From: Octopus bimaculoides | Taxonomy: Eukaryota | NCBI RefSeq assembly: GCF_001194135.2 | Contig: NC_068994.1 | Coordinates: forward strand, 7,558,875-7,592,318 | Direction: 5' to 3' | DNA length: 33,444 nt | Shown here: piece by piece, positions 1 to 11,159 of the stretch | How the letters are laid out: every line of letters begins with the position of its first letter | How positions within the stretch are numbered: the stretch's first letter is position 1 | Notes under the pieces: generated by a model | What the model was told of the DNA's origin: nothing | The model's database searches: none | The model's input: the letters and a program-made list of their open reading frames with translations, nothing else | Translations under genes and position numbers: made by a program

Positions 1-146
1 CCCCCCCAGTTGTGACCACCACCACCTCATTAACTATCTTTTGAATTGTTTAAATTCCTGATGTTCTGAAACAATAACGGCTGAATTATTCAGTGTGTGT
101 ATGATAACATGCGTTAATATGTCTGTGTGCTTATTTTAATGTGAGA

Positions 147-520
147 AGGTGCATAGCTTGGTGGTCAGGGTGTTTGGCTCATGATCCTAAGGCCATAAGT
201 TCGATTCCCAACATCACATTATGTCCTTGAGCAAGACACTTTCTTTTACGTTGCTCCAGTCCACTCTGCTGGTAATACACTCCTTTGGTCTTATATAAGG
301 AAGGATACAATGCTTTGTAAGTGAATTTGGTAGCTGGAAACTGAAAGAAGCCTGTTGTGTGTGTATGTGTCTTTGTATGTTCATGTTTGTCCCTCACTAC
401 TGCTTAACAACCAGTGCAGGTTTGTTTATGTCTGAAGCAGTTTGGTGTAAAAAGACTGATGGAATAAGTTCTGGATTATTGCTCCGGCATAGTCACAGCC
501 TAGTGACAAACAAGTAAAAG
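147..520 (+). mobile_element. Degenerate tRNA-derived SINE (family E head, family A-like 3' part)
   Basis: gttcgattccc B box, ccttgagcaagacac core, ggaaactgaaagaagcc body. Confidence 0.6.
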
Positions 521-569
521 ATAAAAGATACTACATCACCTTGACCCAACTTAGGGTCTTGGATTTGGC

Positions 570-674
570 AGGATCTAGTAGTATACCATGCAGATGAGAT
601 GTAACAAGGTGCTACTCAGTGGAACTGAACCTGAAACCACATGGTTACACAGCAAGTTTCTTAGATCACACAGC
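570..674 (-). mobile_element. Degenerate family A SINE head
   Basis: Reverse-complement similarity to 1887-1990. Confidence 0.5.
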
Positions 675-1253
675 GATTCTTACACCTGTTATGGTTGTTG
701 TTATTTCATTTGTCAATCTGTTGTTTATATATATAGCATGTACAGCAAATCAATGTGCTGGTCATATTTGCTGCTGTTTATTTATCTACCATATTTCCCA
801 GCATATAAATCAATTTTTTCACAGCCACAAAATAAATGCTAGATCAATTTATACACCAAGACAGCTTTAGAGGACCAAAGATTCCATGTGAAACGCAACA
901 CGATTTAGAAAGATAATGATGATATTAGAATGTCTATACAAGTTTATAATATATTCTGCATTGATTCGTGTTCCAGTAAATAAATGTATGTGTCATCTTT
1001 ACTGCTGCTTATCTATGTATAGCTGTGTTCTTTTGAAGTTTTCCTGTTTGTCTAATTAAAATTCAATGTTTGTTCTATTTTCTGATATCCTGTTCTTGTT
1101 ACTTTGGTTCAGCTATTTCATAACCTCTTAATTTACAGCTGCTAAATTGTGTTATTTGCTTGTTACACGATTTATTTATTTTCCTTGTCACTTAAATTGT
1201 TTCTCTGAAAATTACTTCCTGTCCTGTTAGTATGTGTTCAATAATTTTGTGTA

Positions 1254-1827
1254 CAGTGAAACCTCAGTTTATGAACTTAAATTTGTTCCTGAAGGCCGTT
1301 CCGAAATGTTCATAAACCAAAACTATTTTCCCCATAGGAAATTCTAGAGAAGGCACAATGAATTTGAGTACCGATGGACTGGCTCCTGTGCAGGTGGCAC
1401 GAAAAATACACCATTTTGAGCGCGGCCGTTGCCAGTACCTCCAGACTGGCCTTCGTGCTGGTGGCATGTAAAAGCACCCACTACACTCTCGGAGTGGTTG
1501 GCATTAGGAAGGGCATCCAGCTGTAGAAACTGCCAAATCGGATTGGAGCCTGGTGCAGCCTTCAGGTTCACCAGTCCTCAGTTAAATCGTTCAACTCATG
1601 CTAGCATGGAAGGCGGACGTTAAACGATGATGATGATGATGATGATGTACACTGAGTGAAAGCTAAACTAGCGAGTGATGCTCTCCCACTGAGTCCAACT
1701 GTTGCTAACCATTGTTGCCAACTTGCATGTTTGTCACTCAAGATGTTTTATGTTCGCAAAATTGTTCATGAACTCATAAACTGATTTGCTTGTGATAAGA
1801 GGCCTTCGCAAACTGAGGTTTCTACTG
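1254..1827. mobile_element. pogo/Tigger-like non-autonomous DNA transposon interrupted by a LINE fragment
   Basis: TA|CAGTGAAACCTCAGTTT ... AAACTGAGGTTTCTACTG|TA: about 17-bp TIRs with one indel, TA target duplications. Confidence 0.75.
1367..1647 (+). mobile_element. 3' end of RTE-like LINE with (GAT)n tail
   Basis: Colinear with 5430-5737; ends ...ggacgttaaacgatgatgatgat. Confidence 0.75.
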
Positions 1828-1886
1828 TACTCATTTTTTGGTACTTCCTTTTTATCAACAGCTTTTTTTTTTTTTTTACATCATCA

Positions 1887-2063
1887 GGCGCAGGAGTGGC
1901 TGTGTGGTAAGTAGCTTGCTTACCAACCACATGGTTCTGGGTTCATTCCCACTGCGTGGCACCTTGGGCAAGTGTCTTCTACTATCGCCTCGGGCAGACC
2001 AAAGCCTTGTGAGTGGATTTGGTAGACGGATACTGAAAGAAGCCCGTCGTATATATATGTATA

Positions 2064-2094
<31 letters not shown>
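1887..2094 (+). mobile_element. tRNA-derived CORE-type SINE, family A (OR-like), followed by (TA)n
   Basis: A-box/B-box-like head, CORE-like caccttgggcaagtg, near-identical to 14274-14491. Confidence 0.8.
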
Positions 2095-2963
2095 NNNNNN
2101 NNNNNNNNNNNNNNNNNNNNNNNNNNNNNNNNNNNNNNNNNNNNNNNNNNNNNNNNNNNNNNNNNNNNNNNNNNNNNNNNNNNNNNNNNNNNNNNNNNNN
2201 NNNNNNNNNNNNNNNNNNNNNNNNNNNNNNNNNNNNNNNNNNNNNNNNNNNNNNNNNNNNNNNNNNNNNNNNNNNNNNNNNNNNNNNNNNNNNNNNNNNN
2301 NNNNNNNNNNNNNNNNNNNNNNNNNNNNNNNNNNNNNNNNNNNNNNNNNNNNNNNNNNNNNNNNNNNNNNNNNNNNNNNNNNNNNNNNNNNNNNNNNNNN
2401 NNNNNNNNNNNNNNNNNNNNNNNNNNNNNNNNNNNNNNNNNNNNNNNNNNNNNNNNNNNNNNNNNNNNNNNNNNNNNNNNNNNNNNNNNNNNNNNNNNNN
2501 NNNNNNNNNNNNNNNNNNNNNNNNNNNNNNNNNNNNNNNNNNNNNNNNNNNNNNNNNNNNNNNNNNNNNNNNNNNNNNNNNNNNNNNNNNNNNNNNNNNN
2601 NNNNNNNNNNNNNNNNNNNNNNNNNNNNNNNNNNNNNNNNNNNNNNNNNNNNNNNNNNNNNNNNNNNNNNNNNNNNNNNNNNNNNNNNNNNNNNNNNNNN
2701 NNNNNNNNNNNNNNNNNNNNNNNNNNNNNNNNNNNNNNNNNNNNNNNNNNNNNNNNNNNNNNNNNNNNNNNNNNNNNNNNNNNNNNNNNNNNNNNNNNNN
2801 NNNNNNNNNNNNNNNNNNNNNNNNNNNNNNNNNNNNNNNNNNNNNNNNNNNNNNNNNNNNNNNNNNNNNNNNNNNNNNNNNNNNNNNNNNNNNNNNNNNN
2901 NNNNNNNNNNNNNNNNNNNNNNNNNNNNNNNNNNNNNNNNTTCCATGACAACTGCTTCCAAGA

Positions 2964-3068
2964 ATGGTGAAGACATTCCAAGCCTACTTACCGCCCAAGT
3001 GCCATCGCACATACAGCTGTGTGCATTGCCGTGCACATCTTGCTAACCATGATGAACTCATTTCCAAG
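2964..3068 (+). CDS. YPEL1: YPEL coding exon 1 ([11 protein letters not shown]...HDELISK)
   Basis: ATG in strong context (agaATGg), in-frame TGA upstream at 2946, donor AAG|gtaact at 3068/3069, phase 0. Confidence 0.95.
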
Positions 3069-3989
3069 GTAACTAACTCCTCCTTCGCCTTCTCTTCCAT
3101 ATTCTTCTTTTCTTCCCTTTCTCTTTAATTTTCTTTCTCTCTTCTTCATCTTCCTTCTTCACCTGTTTTCTTCTTTGTCTCCTCTAAGTGTGTGACTCCT
3201 TCAAATGTTTCCTTGTCTTGCTTCTGTTGTGTTTTTCTGTTTTTCTTTGTATTTTGTCAACTTTTTTTTTTTTTTCTTATGTCCACTTTATCCTCCTATT
3301 TTCTTCTCTTCATGACTGTTCATTTTGTCTTGTCCTTTCTTTTATCCAATTTTGTATCCATCTGACCATTTGTGTATCCTTCTGTCCATTTGTGTATCCT
3401 TCTGTCCATTTGTGTGTCCTTCTGTCCATTTGAGTCTCCTGTCCATTTGTGTAACCTTCTGTCCATCCGTGTGTCCTTCTGTCCATTTGTGTATCCTTTT
3501 GTCCATTTAAGTAACCTGTCCATTTGTGTGTCTCTTCCCCGCCCCGTCCATTTGTGTCTCCCTGTTTACTTTGTCCACTTCTGTCATCTTTGTCTTCTGC
3601 CCACTATGTTTCCTTTTGTCTTCTGTGTCTCCTGTCCACCATGTCTCCTTATGTCCACCTGTCCCACCTTATGTCTCCCTTTGTCTTCTATGTCTCTTGT
3701 CCACCATATTCCCTTGTGTCCACCATGTCTCCCTTTGTCTTCTATGTCTCCTCCTTTCCACCATGTCCCCTTATATCTTATTTTCCTCTCTACTTTGTCT
3801 TCCTTTGTTTACTTGCTTTTCTTTTACGTTTGTCTCTCCTTTGCTTTCTTTTGTCCTTTCTTTCCTTTGTTCTCCCTCATATCCACTTGTCTCTACTTCT
3901 TCCCATCCCAAGGTGCCATGCAGTGGGACTGAACCTGGAACCGTGTGGCTAGGAAGCAAGCATCTTACCAAACAATCACGCCTGCCCCT

Positions 3990-4023
<34 letters not shown>

Positions 4024-7000
4024 CTTAATTTTTAGAAGGAAAAGGTTGATATGAAATTTTGGCTTGCTCACTGTCAGATGTCCAATGACAGCAAGCAAGA
4101 TGAAACTTCGAAGTTACTGTCAACCTCTTCCACATAAAATTAATAAATATGAACTTTACGTGTACATAGGCATGTGTATGTGTGCATATGTGTGTGTGTG
4201 TGTCTGTGGGTTTGTCTCCCTCTGTACTTTGCTGAAAATCAGTGACGCAGAAGTGAAGACGATGATAGCAAATCATCTGCTGTCCTTCATCTCATCTTTT
4301 CTCTTGTTTCTTTTACAGTCTTTCCAAGGAAGTTTAGGACGTGCCTACCTCTTCAACTCTGTGTGAGTATTACTTCATTTCATTCTTTTTTTATTTTTTT
4401 ACATCCATTTTTTTTCTATTCCATGCCCGCATGCATTAAATGAATGTACTACTGAGATTTTGTTTTACAGTTGGATGCCCTTCCTTTCACTAACCTTTAC
4501 TTGTTTTTCAAGTAAAGAAGGAACCTCTTGTGCCACATGTCTTCAAAGGCAGATCCCCTGAAGATGATTTGTTATCATCGTCTTCACTTCTGCTTCACTG
4601 ATGTCTGTGTGTATATTTGCAAACAGAAAGAAGGCAAAGACTAAAGATTTTCAGACAAAGGATATTCTTTTCTACTCTAAGCACAAGGCCCGAAATTTGG
4701 GGGGAGGCGGGGCCTGTCGATTAGATTCACACCAATACGCAACTGGTACTTAATTTATCTACCGCGTAAAGATGAAAAGTAAAGATGACCTCGGCGGAAT
4801 TTGCAATGAATATTTAAGTATAATCTCATTCCAGGGTGAAAAACTAGAGGTAGTCGATAGCTTCCGCTATCTGGGCGACCAAGTTNNNNNNNNNNNNNNN
4901 NNNNNNNNNNNNNNNNNNNNNNNNNNNNNNNNNNNNNNNNNNNNNNNNNNNNNNNNNNNNNNNNNNNNNNNNNNNNNNNNNNNNNNNNNNNNNNNNNNNN
5001 NNNNNNNNNNNNNNNNNNNNNNNNNNNNNNNNNNNNNNNNNNNNNNNNNNNNNNNNNNNNNNNNNNNNNNNNNNNNNNNNNNNNNNNNNNNNNNNNNNNN
5101 NNNNNNNNNNNNNNNNNNNNNNNNNNNNNNNNNNNNNNNNNNNNNNNNNNNNNNNNNNNNNNNNNNNNNNNNNNNNNNNNNNNNNNNNNNNNNNNNNNNN
5201 NNNNNNNNNNNNNNNNNNNNNNNNNNNNNNNNNNNNNNNNNNNNNNNNNNNNNNNNNNNNNNNNNNNNNNNNNNNNNNNNNNNNNNNNNNNNNNNNNNNN
5301 NNNNNNNNNNNNNNNNNNNNNNNNNNNNNNNNNNNNNNNNNNNNNNNNNNNNNNNNNNNNNGTAAGATCGTTGCCAGTGCCCCTGGACTGGTTCTTGTGC
5401 GGGTGGCACATGAGATGCACCATTTTGAGCGTGGCCGTTGCCAGTACCGCCTGACTGGCTCCCGTAGGATTTTCGAGCGAGATCGTTGCCAGTGCCTCTG
5501 GACTGGCTTGTGCGGGTGGCACATAAAAGACACCATTTCGAGCGTGGCCGTTTTCGTGCGGGTGACACGTAAAAGCACCCACTACACTCTCTGAGTGGTT
5601 GGCGTTAGGAAGGGCATCCAGCTGTAGAAACTCTGCCAAATTAGATTGGAGCCTGGTGTTGCCATCCGGTTTCACCAGTCATCAGTCAAATCGTCCAACC
5701 CATGCTAGCATGGAAAGCGGACGTTAAATGATGATGAAATATATAGATATTTATATGTAATAGATCAAGCTTACACAGAGTACAAACGGCCGAGAAAATT
5801 AAAGGGGGGTTATAGATGTATGTATGTTAGTTGTCATCCCTTTCAAATGAGTATCATAAGAGTCCCACTGTATCCTCGAGCTGTAACTTATAAAAGTCTC
5901 TCAACAAGTCACGCAATCACTAGTTCTATGCCGATCATTAACTAATTTGTCCTTGCCATTTTTAAGGGCTATGATGTTGAGGGAATTTTGGCTACTATAA
6001 CTTTGTGTGTGTGTGTGAGAGAGAGAGAAAGCTTTGTGTGTAAGCATTTATCAAAGGGAGTTAATACGGTTATAATGTGCATACATAAAATTACCTCCCT
6101 TTATCAGGATTCGTTTTTACATAATGTTCAAATGTTTATCCAACGTGTGAAATCAACGAACGAGTATTTAGACTATATGGTCGACCAACCTAGTACAAAT
6201 AACAAAAAAAATGTCCTTCAAATCACATACTGTCATCTTTGAAACGAGAACACGTTAGATAATGCATCCTAGATATACTATGTTTGTAGAAATACATTAT
6301 GCCAGGACTCGAACGTCTTACATAGGCCAAAATAGGGATTTATATTTGAATTTAATAATAATGATGATGATGATTTCTTTTATATGCCACCAGGGCGAAG
6401 GATGGAGGGAGACAATACAAGGATGTACATCAAGTGTTGGGGTTTACATGTACTGAAATAAGATATATATATATATATATATATATATGAATAATAACAA
6501 TAAATGAAGCAAAACGCATATAAATAAAAGTTCTTTTAATTCCTACATATGTTTCAAAATATATGTGTACTCTACTCCAAAGAAGTAAGAGATGCTGGAA
6601 TTCCACATGTATTCATTGTCAGGGAACCAACATATAGAAGCACGACAAATGCGAAATGATGAGATAGTTTACAAGTTATAATATTACATGGCGAAGTACA
6701 TTGTCATGGTTTTTTTAAACTGAGATAATATTAATATATACACAAACTAATATATATTTATAGCAAGTATAATAATAAGTTTGATTAATTTGAGAAACAA
6801 TTTTTACAATTTTGGGAATATAGAGGCAAGCGTGTCTGTGTGGTAAGAATCTTGCTTCCAACCACATGGTTCTGGGTTCAGTCCCACTGTGTGGCACCTT
6901 GGGCAAGTATCTTCCACTGTAGCGTTAGGCCAACCAATGAGTGGGTTTGGTAGACAGAAACTGAAATAAGCCCATCACATATATATATATATGACTAAAG

Positions 7001-8366
7001 GCAGTGCACCAGCATGGCCGCAGTCAAATGACTGAAACAAGTAAAATAGTAGTTCACTCACCACCTCCTCTCCCTCTCCACTTCAACTAATTATGTGGAA
7101 GCATTACGGATGGACTAAGTAACGGAGGAACAAGCAGAATTATTATAAGATGCTAAAGGGTTAAGACTGATACAATGGAAACAAAAGACATAAAACAAGG
7201 AGTTGAAAACTTCTGACCCCTTATGATGCCGCTTTCTTCTTTTTTCTTTTTTTTTTTTTTTCATGCTTTCAGTTAATATTTTCTGCTTTGCTTTCCTTTC
7301 AGTGTCAATGTTGGGTGTGGCCCTGCTGAAGAGCGTGTCCTCCTTACAGGTCTTCATGCAGTTGCAGATATCTACTGTGAATGCTGTAAAACCACCCTTG
7401 GGTGGAAATATGTAAGTTGTTTATCTATTTCTTTGTAGATTATGTCTATCCACCCATATCTCTCTCTCTCTCTCCCTCTCGAAACCTCTACATGGGTGTA
7501 TAAAAGATAAGCTGTAATTAAAAAAGAAACCAGACACCTTTGACTTTACATTATCATTTCAGTTGTCCCACTGTTCAGTTGTCTTGCAGTTCTAAATTCT
7601 CTTGTATATTNNNNNNNNNNNNNNNNNNNNNNNNNNNNNNNNNNNNNNNNNNNNNNNNNNNNNNNNNNNNNNNNNNNNNNNNNNNNNNNNNNNNNNNNNN
7701 NNNNNNNNNNNNNNNNNNNNNNNNNNNNNNNNNNNNNNNNNNNNNNNNNNNNNNNNNNNNNNNNNNNNNNNNNNNNNNNNNNNNNNNNNNNNNNNNNNNN
7801 NNGCGGTTTCTATTCCCAGACCAAGCGTTGTGAGTGTTTATTGAGCGAAAACACCTAAAGCTCCACGAGGCTCCCGCAGAGGATGGTGGCGAACCCTGCT
7901 GTACTCTTTCGCCACAATTTTCTCTCACTCTTACTTCCTGTTTCTGTTGTACCTGTATTTCAAAGGGGCCAGCCTCGTCACACTCTGTGTCACGCTGAAT
8001 CTCCCCGAGAACTACATTAAGGGTACATATGTCTGTGGAGTACTCAGCCACTTGCACGTTAATTTCACGAGCAGGCTGTTCCGTTGATCGGATCAACTGG
8101 AACCCTCGACGTCGTAAGCGACGGAGTGCCAACCAACCAATTATACACACATCTCATGTCTGCATTCTTTAATATATGTGTGTGTGTGTATGTCTTTTAT
8201 CTTTTACTTGTTTCAGTCATTCTGGGGTGCCACCTTGAAGGAATATTTAGCCACATGTATCCACCCTAATACTTTCTAAAATTTTTTTAAATTTTAAGCT
8301 TAATCCTTGTTCTATCAGTTACAGGGACACTAGTTATCAAGTGGTGGTGAGGGGCAAACATAGACG

Positions 8367-8415
<49 letters not shown>

Positions 8416-9487
8416 ACCTGGATTAACCAGGCTGTCTAGATTTTATTCTATTTAGCACAGGTTGAAAGCAGGCTAGAGATCTGATTGCTTCACTAGCTCG
8501 CTTTCAACCTGTGCTAACAGAGTAAAATAATAGGTGGTTTATAGAGCTTTTAGCATCTATTTCAAGCATTGTCAGTGTTCTTATTCATACCCTTGTACTA
8601 TAATTATATCTATATAATTATATATCAGTATGTGTATGTGTGTGTGTCCAACGTACTATCTGGTAGCGTCCTAATCTCCAATGGTTTTTTCAAATAAATT
8701 ATGCAATAACCTTCTCCAACTATAATTCTCATATTCGGTTAAAATGTCTTACGTTTAAGCTGGTTCCCCTGCATTTCCCTGAAGAGAAGATTACATTTTT
8801 AAGATCGCCAATTCCTATGGAAGGTATAATTTGTAATCTTCGAAACATATGTTGGAAATAAAAGTATGCAGTTAGCATATATATATATATATATATATAT
8901 NNNNNNNNNNTGGAAAAAATAAGGTACTCAGGTATCTGGATGGTTGTACATTTACAAATTTTTATTAATGTCACATGTTTTATAAATATTAGCGCTTACA
9001 CCTATTCTTGTAGGTTCTTCAAAATATATATATGTGTGTGTGTCATGTATCTACTGTGTATAATACATACTTTTTTCTCTTGTTCAAGGAAAAATATAAT
9101 TGAGTGACTTTCAAAATGTTGACTTTACAACAGACTCACTTATCAACATCAGTAAAGCTCAAAATTCACTTTTTAACTTAACTTTTTGTTTCATTTAGTA
9201 TATGGAAATTTTTTCAATGTAGTTTACAAGCAATTATAATAATTCAGACTAAGCACATTTTTCCCTCTTACATCAAAGCACTAAAATTCATCATTCATAA
9301 GTACATGTACGTGTGATGTACAAGTGCATGTTATATATTACTATATATTATTTAATATATATTATATCATTTTTCTTTTCTTTTTATTTATCCACAGGAA
9401 CATGCCTTTGAAACGAGCCAAAAATACAAAGAAGGCAAGTTCATTATTGAGTTGGCCCACATGATTAAAGACAATGGCTGGGAGTGA
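2964..9487 (+). CDS. YPEL1: Yippee-like zinc-binding protein, join(2964..3068,4319..4362,7303..7411,9398..9487), 348 nt, 115 aa
   Basis: Manual splicing gives [115 protein letters not shown]. It matches the YPEL1-4 group as I recall it, with two CxxC pairs. All introns are GT-AG and phases are consistent. The symbol is nominal; the exact vertebrate paralog cannot be assigned. Confidence 0.96.
3343..3780. repeat. Pyrimidine-rich minisatellite (about 20-bp unit tgtccatttgtgtatccttc, grading into a tgtccaccatgtctcc-type unit)
   Basis: About 10 visible copies of the first unit; explains the Cys/Pro/Ser-rich spurious ORFs. Confidence 0.9.
3907..3986 (-). mobile_element. Family A SINE head fragment in YPEL intron 1
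   Basis: cccaaggtgccatgcagtgggactgaacctggaacc is the reverse complement of the head/core. Confidence 0.7.
4319..4362 (+). CDS. YPEL1: YPEL coding exon 2 ([15 protein letters not shown])
   Basis: Acceptor ttttacag| at 4318, donor |gtgagt at 4363, 44 nt, ends phase 2. Confidence 0.95.
4665..4806 (-). mobile_element. Family B SINE 3' part
   Basis: Reverse-complement similarity to 30350-30450 and the tail at 11340-11380. Confidence 0.65.
4820..5737 (+). mobile_element. 5'-truncated RTE-like LINE (RT C-terminal fragment, gap, 3' UTR, GAT tail) in YPEL intron 2
   Basis: Frame [16 protein letters not shown] matches the ..LE.V..F.YLG motif after the RT core of RTE-clade LINEs; 3' end shared with 1367-1647. 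Confidence 0.75.
6540..6626 (-). ncRNA. Degenerate type I hammerhead motif (G8 to A)
   Basis: Minus strand TTCC-CTGACAA-long stem II-GAAA-CATATG-TA-GGAA. Confidence 0.45.
6825..7047 (+). mobile_element. Family A SINE with 3' tail in YPEL intron 2
   Basis: Head, core and tail ccagcatggccgcagtcaaatgactgaaacaagtaaaa. Confidence 0.75.
7303..7411 (+). CDS. YPEL1: YPEL coding exon 3 ([11 protein letters not shown]...[12 protein letters not shown])
   Basis: Acceptor cctttcag| at 7302, donor |gtaagt at 7412, 109 nt, restores phase 0. Confidence 0.96.
7803..8131 (+). mobile_element. tRNA-derived SINE family D (head mostly in gap)
   Basis: B-box-like ggtttctattccc; highly similar to 13611-13914. Confidence 0.75.
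8440..8528. repeat. Inverted repeat / long hairpin in YPEL intron 3
   Basis: Perfect 17-bp arms 8453-8469 / 8500-8516 with imperfect extensions on both sides. Confidence 0.85.
9398..9487 (+). CDS. YPEL1: YPEL coding exon 4 ([10 protein letters not shown]...DNGWE*)
   Basis: Acceptor tccacag| at 9397 after a polypyrimidine tract, TGA at 9485-9487. Confidence 0.96.
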   Translation, partial: EHAFETSQKYKEGKFIIELAHMIKDNGWE

Positions 9488-10522
9488 AGTTAGACATTTT
9501 TGATGGCACGGCAGAGGTGATGCATGGCTTGTTCCTCTGCTAAACCACTACAGCAGGAACTTTTTGAAGGAGAGGAAGGAAGAGGGAGGGAGAAAAAAAA
9601 TTTTTTCATACCACCACTCCTATAAAAAAAAAAAAATATTATTTAAACGATATATATATAAATAAATAAGAGTGACAGAAAGAAAGAAAGAAAGAAAAGA
9701 AAACGGAATCCATTTGCTAATTATTCTGTTTTTAATTGTTTGTTTTTCTCTTTTCCCATCTTTCTTTTTACCATCATTTCATTACAGTCTCCTCTCTCTC
9801 CTCTCTATTCATATCTTGTCTGTCTGTTTGTCTTTCTTTCTCTCTCTCTCTCTCTCTCTTTCTTTGTTTTTTTCCTTTCACTCTTTGTCTATGTCTTTCT
9901 CTCTGTCTTTCATGTGTACATCACACACTCACACACATATAACGAACATGCATGCTTGCCCATACCTCCCAATGCATTTTATTGCAACCAACAGTCCATT
10001 TCTCAAAGCTTCCTTTCTTTCTTTTTTCCCCTTTTCTTTTTTTCTGTTCCTCTTACTTTCACTACCCTCTATATAATCCCCAAACAGAAGCTTAATTGCT
10101 TTCAGATCATTATTATTATTATTATGCTCAATAAAATGAGTAGCAGTAAACTACTGGGGGTGATCAATATACACCCTCCCTCCTTCTCCTTGCCCTCCCC
10201 AATTTTCTTTTTTTGGCTTTGTGCCAAAGTTCTTCAGTTTCCATTTCTTTGTTACTACCACCACCACCACAACAATTACTACTACTACTACTACTATTTA
10301 TCTGTAATCATCAGCTGTTTATGCCTTATTTGTAATTGGGGTTACATACATCCAATGTCACACTACAATGCACCTCACCACTCCATCTCGTGCCACAGCA
10401 GCACACCACACCACACCACACTACACCATTTCACCATCACTTTTTGTCCTCGTCTCACTGCTGTCATGTCACTATCAACACATACAACCACACACACACA
10501 CACACACACTGTTACTACTACA

Positions 10523-10553
<31 letters not shown>

Positions 10554-10801
10554 TTGAACAACTTCTCTCATGAACCACCAACGACAATAACTATCCAATG
10601 ATCTCGTTTTTTAACTATGCTGTCTGGGTTTTTTTTTTTTTTTNNNNNNNNNNNNNNNNNNNNNNNNNNNNNNNNNNNNNNNNNNNNNNNTTTTTTTTTT
10701 TTTTTTTTTTTTCTTGTGGGGTAATGGGCCTTCGCATTAGTACCTTATATATTTTTTCTTAACTACCACCATAGTCAACATCATCATCGTCACCACCACC
10801 A

Positions 10802-10833
<32 letters not shown>

Positions 10834-11121
10834 GTTATTGTTATTATTGTTATTATTATTTTGGGGTAGCAGCAGATTGGCAGAATCATTGGAGAGTCAA
10901 AGTTGAAAATGCTTTGCTGTGTATGTGTTGGGCCCCTTATATATTTTGCTTTTCGAATGCCACCAAGACCTAACTTTGCACTTCAGCCTTTCGCGGCCGT
11001 GGGATGAACGCGGGGGGTGGGGGTCGATAAAATAAAGTACCAGTCAAGTATTGTGGGAAGGGAGAAAGCGTCGGTGTAATCAACTGTTCCCCTCCCTTCA
11101 AAACTTCCTAAATCAGAAACC

Positions 11122-11159
<38 letters not shown>

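Noticed and set aside
1887-1965. tRNA-like A/B boxes here and in other copies
   Set aside because: SINE heads: no complete cloverleaf and they continue into CORE and tail sequence.
1838-3046. Long ORF-track ORFs (200-400 aa) spanning N runs, here and at 4755-5675, 12896-13714, 14307-15076, 17966-18748, 21171-22175, 22657-23055
   Set aside because: They are open only because N codons are not stops.
3343-3560. Regularly spaced short repeats superficially like a CRISPR array
   Set aside because: No unique spacers, eukaryotic intron, no cas genes.
3188-4035. Cys/Pro/Ser/Leu-rich ORFs up to 186 aa
   Set aside because: Translations of the pyrimidine-rich minisatellite within YPEL intron 1.
8985-9024. 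cttaca..cctattcttgtaggttcttca, resembling a hammerhead stem II with the GAAA-palindrome deleted
   Set aside because: Too much of the core is missing to support a call.
9672-10601. Hydrophobic 70-277 aa ORFs after the YPEL stop
   Set aside because: Products of (CT)n, (CA)n and triplet microsatellites.
11011-11023. G-rich run suggestive of a G-quadruplex
   Set aside because: Too few separate G-tracts, and it lies inside a SINE.
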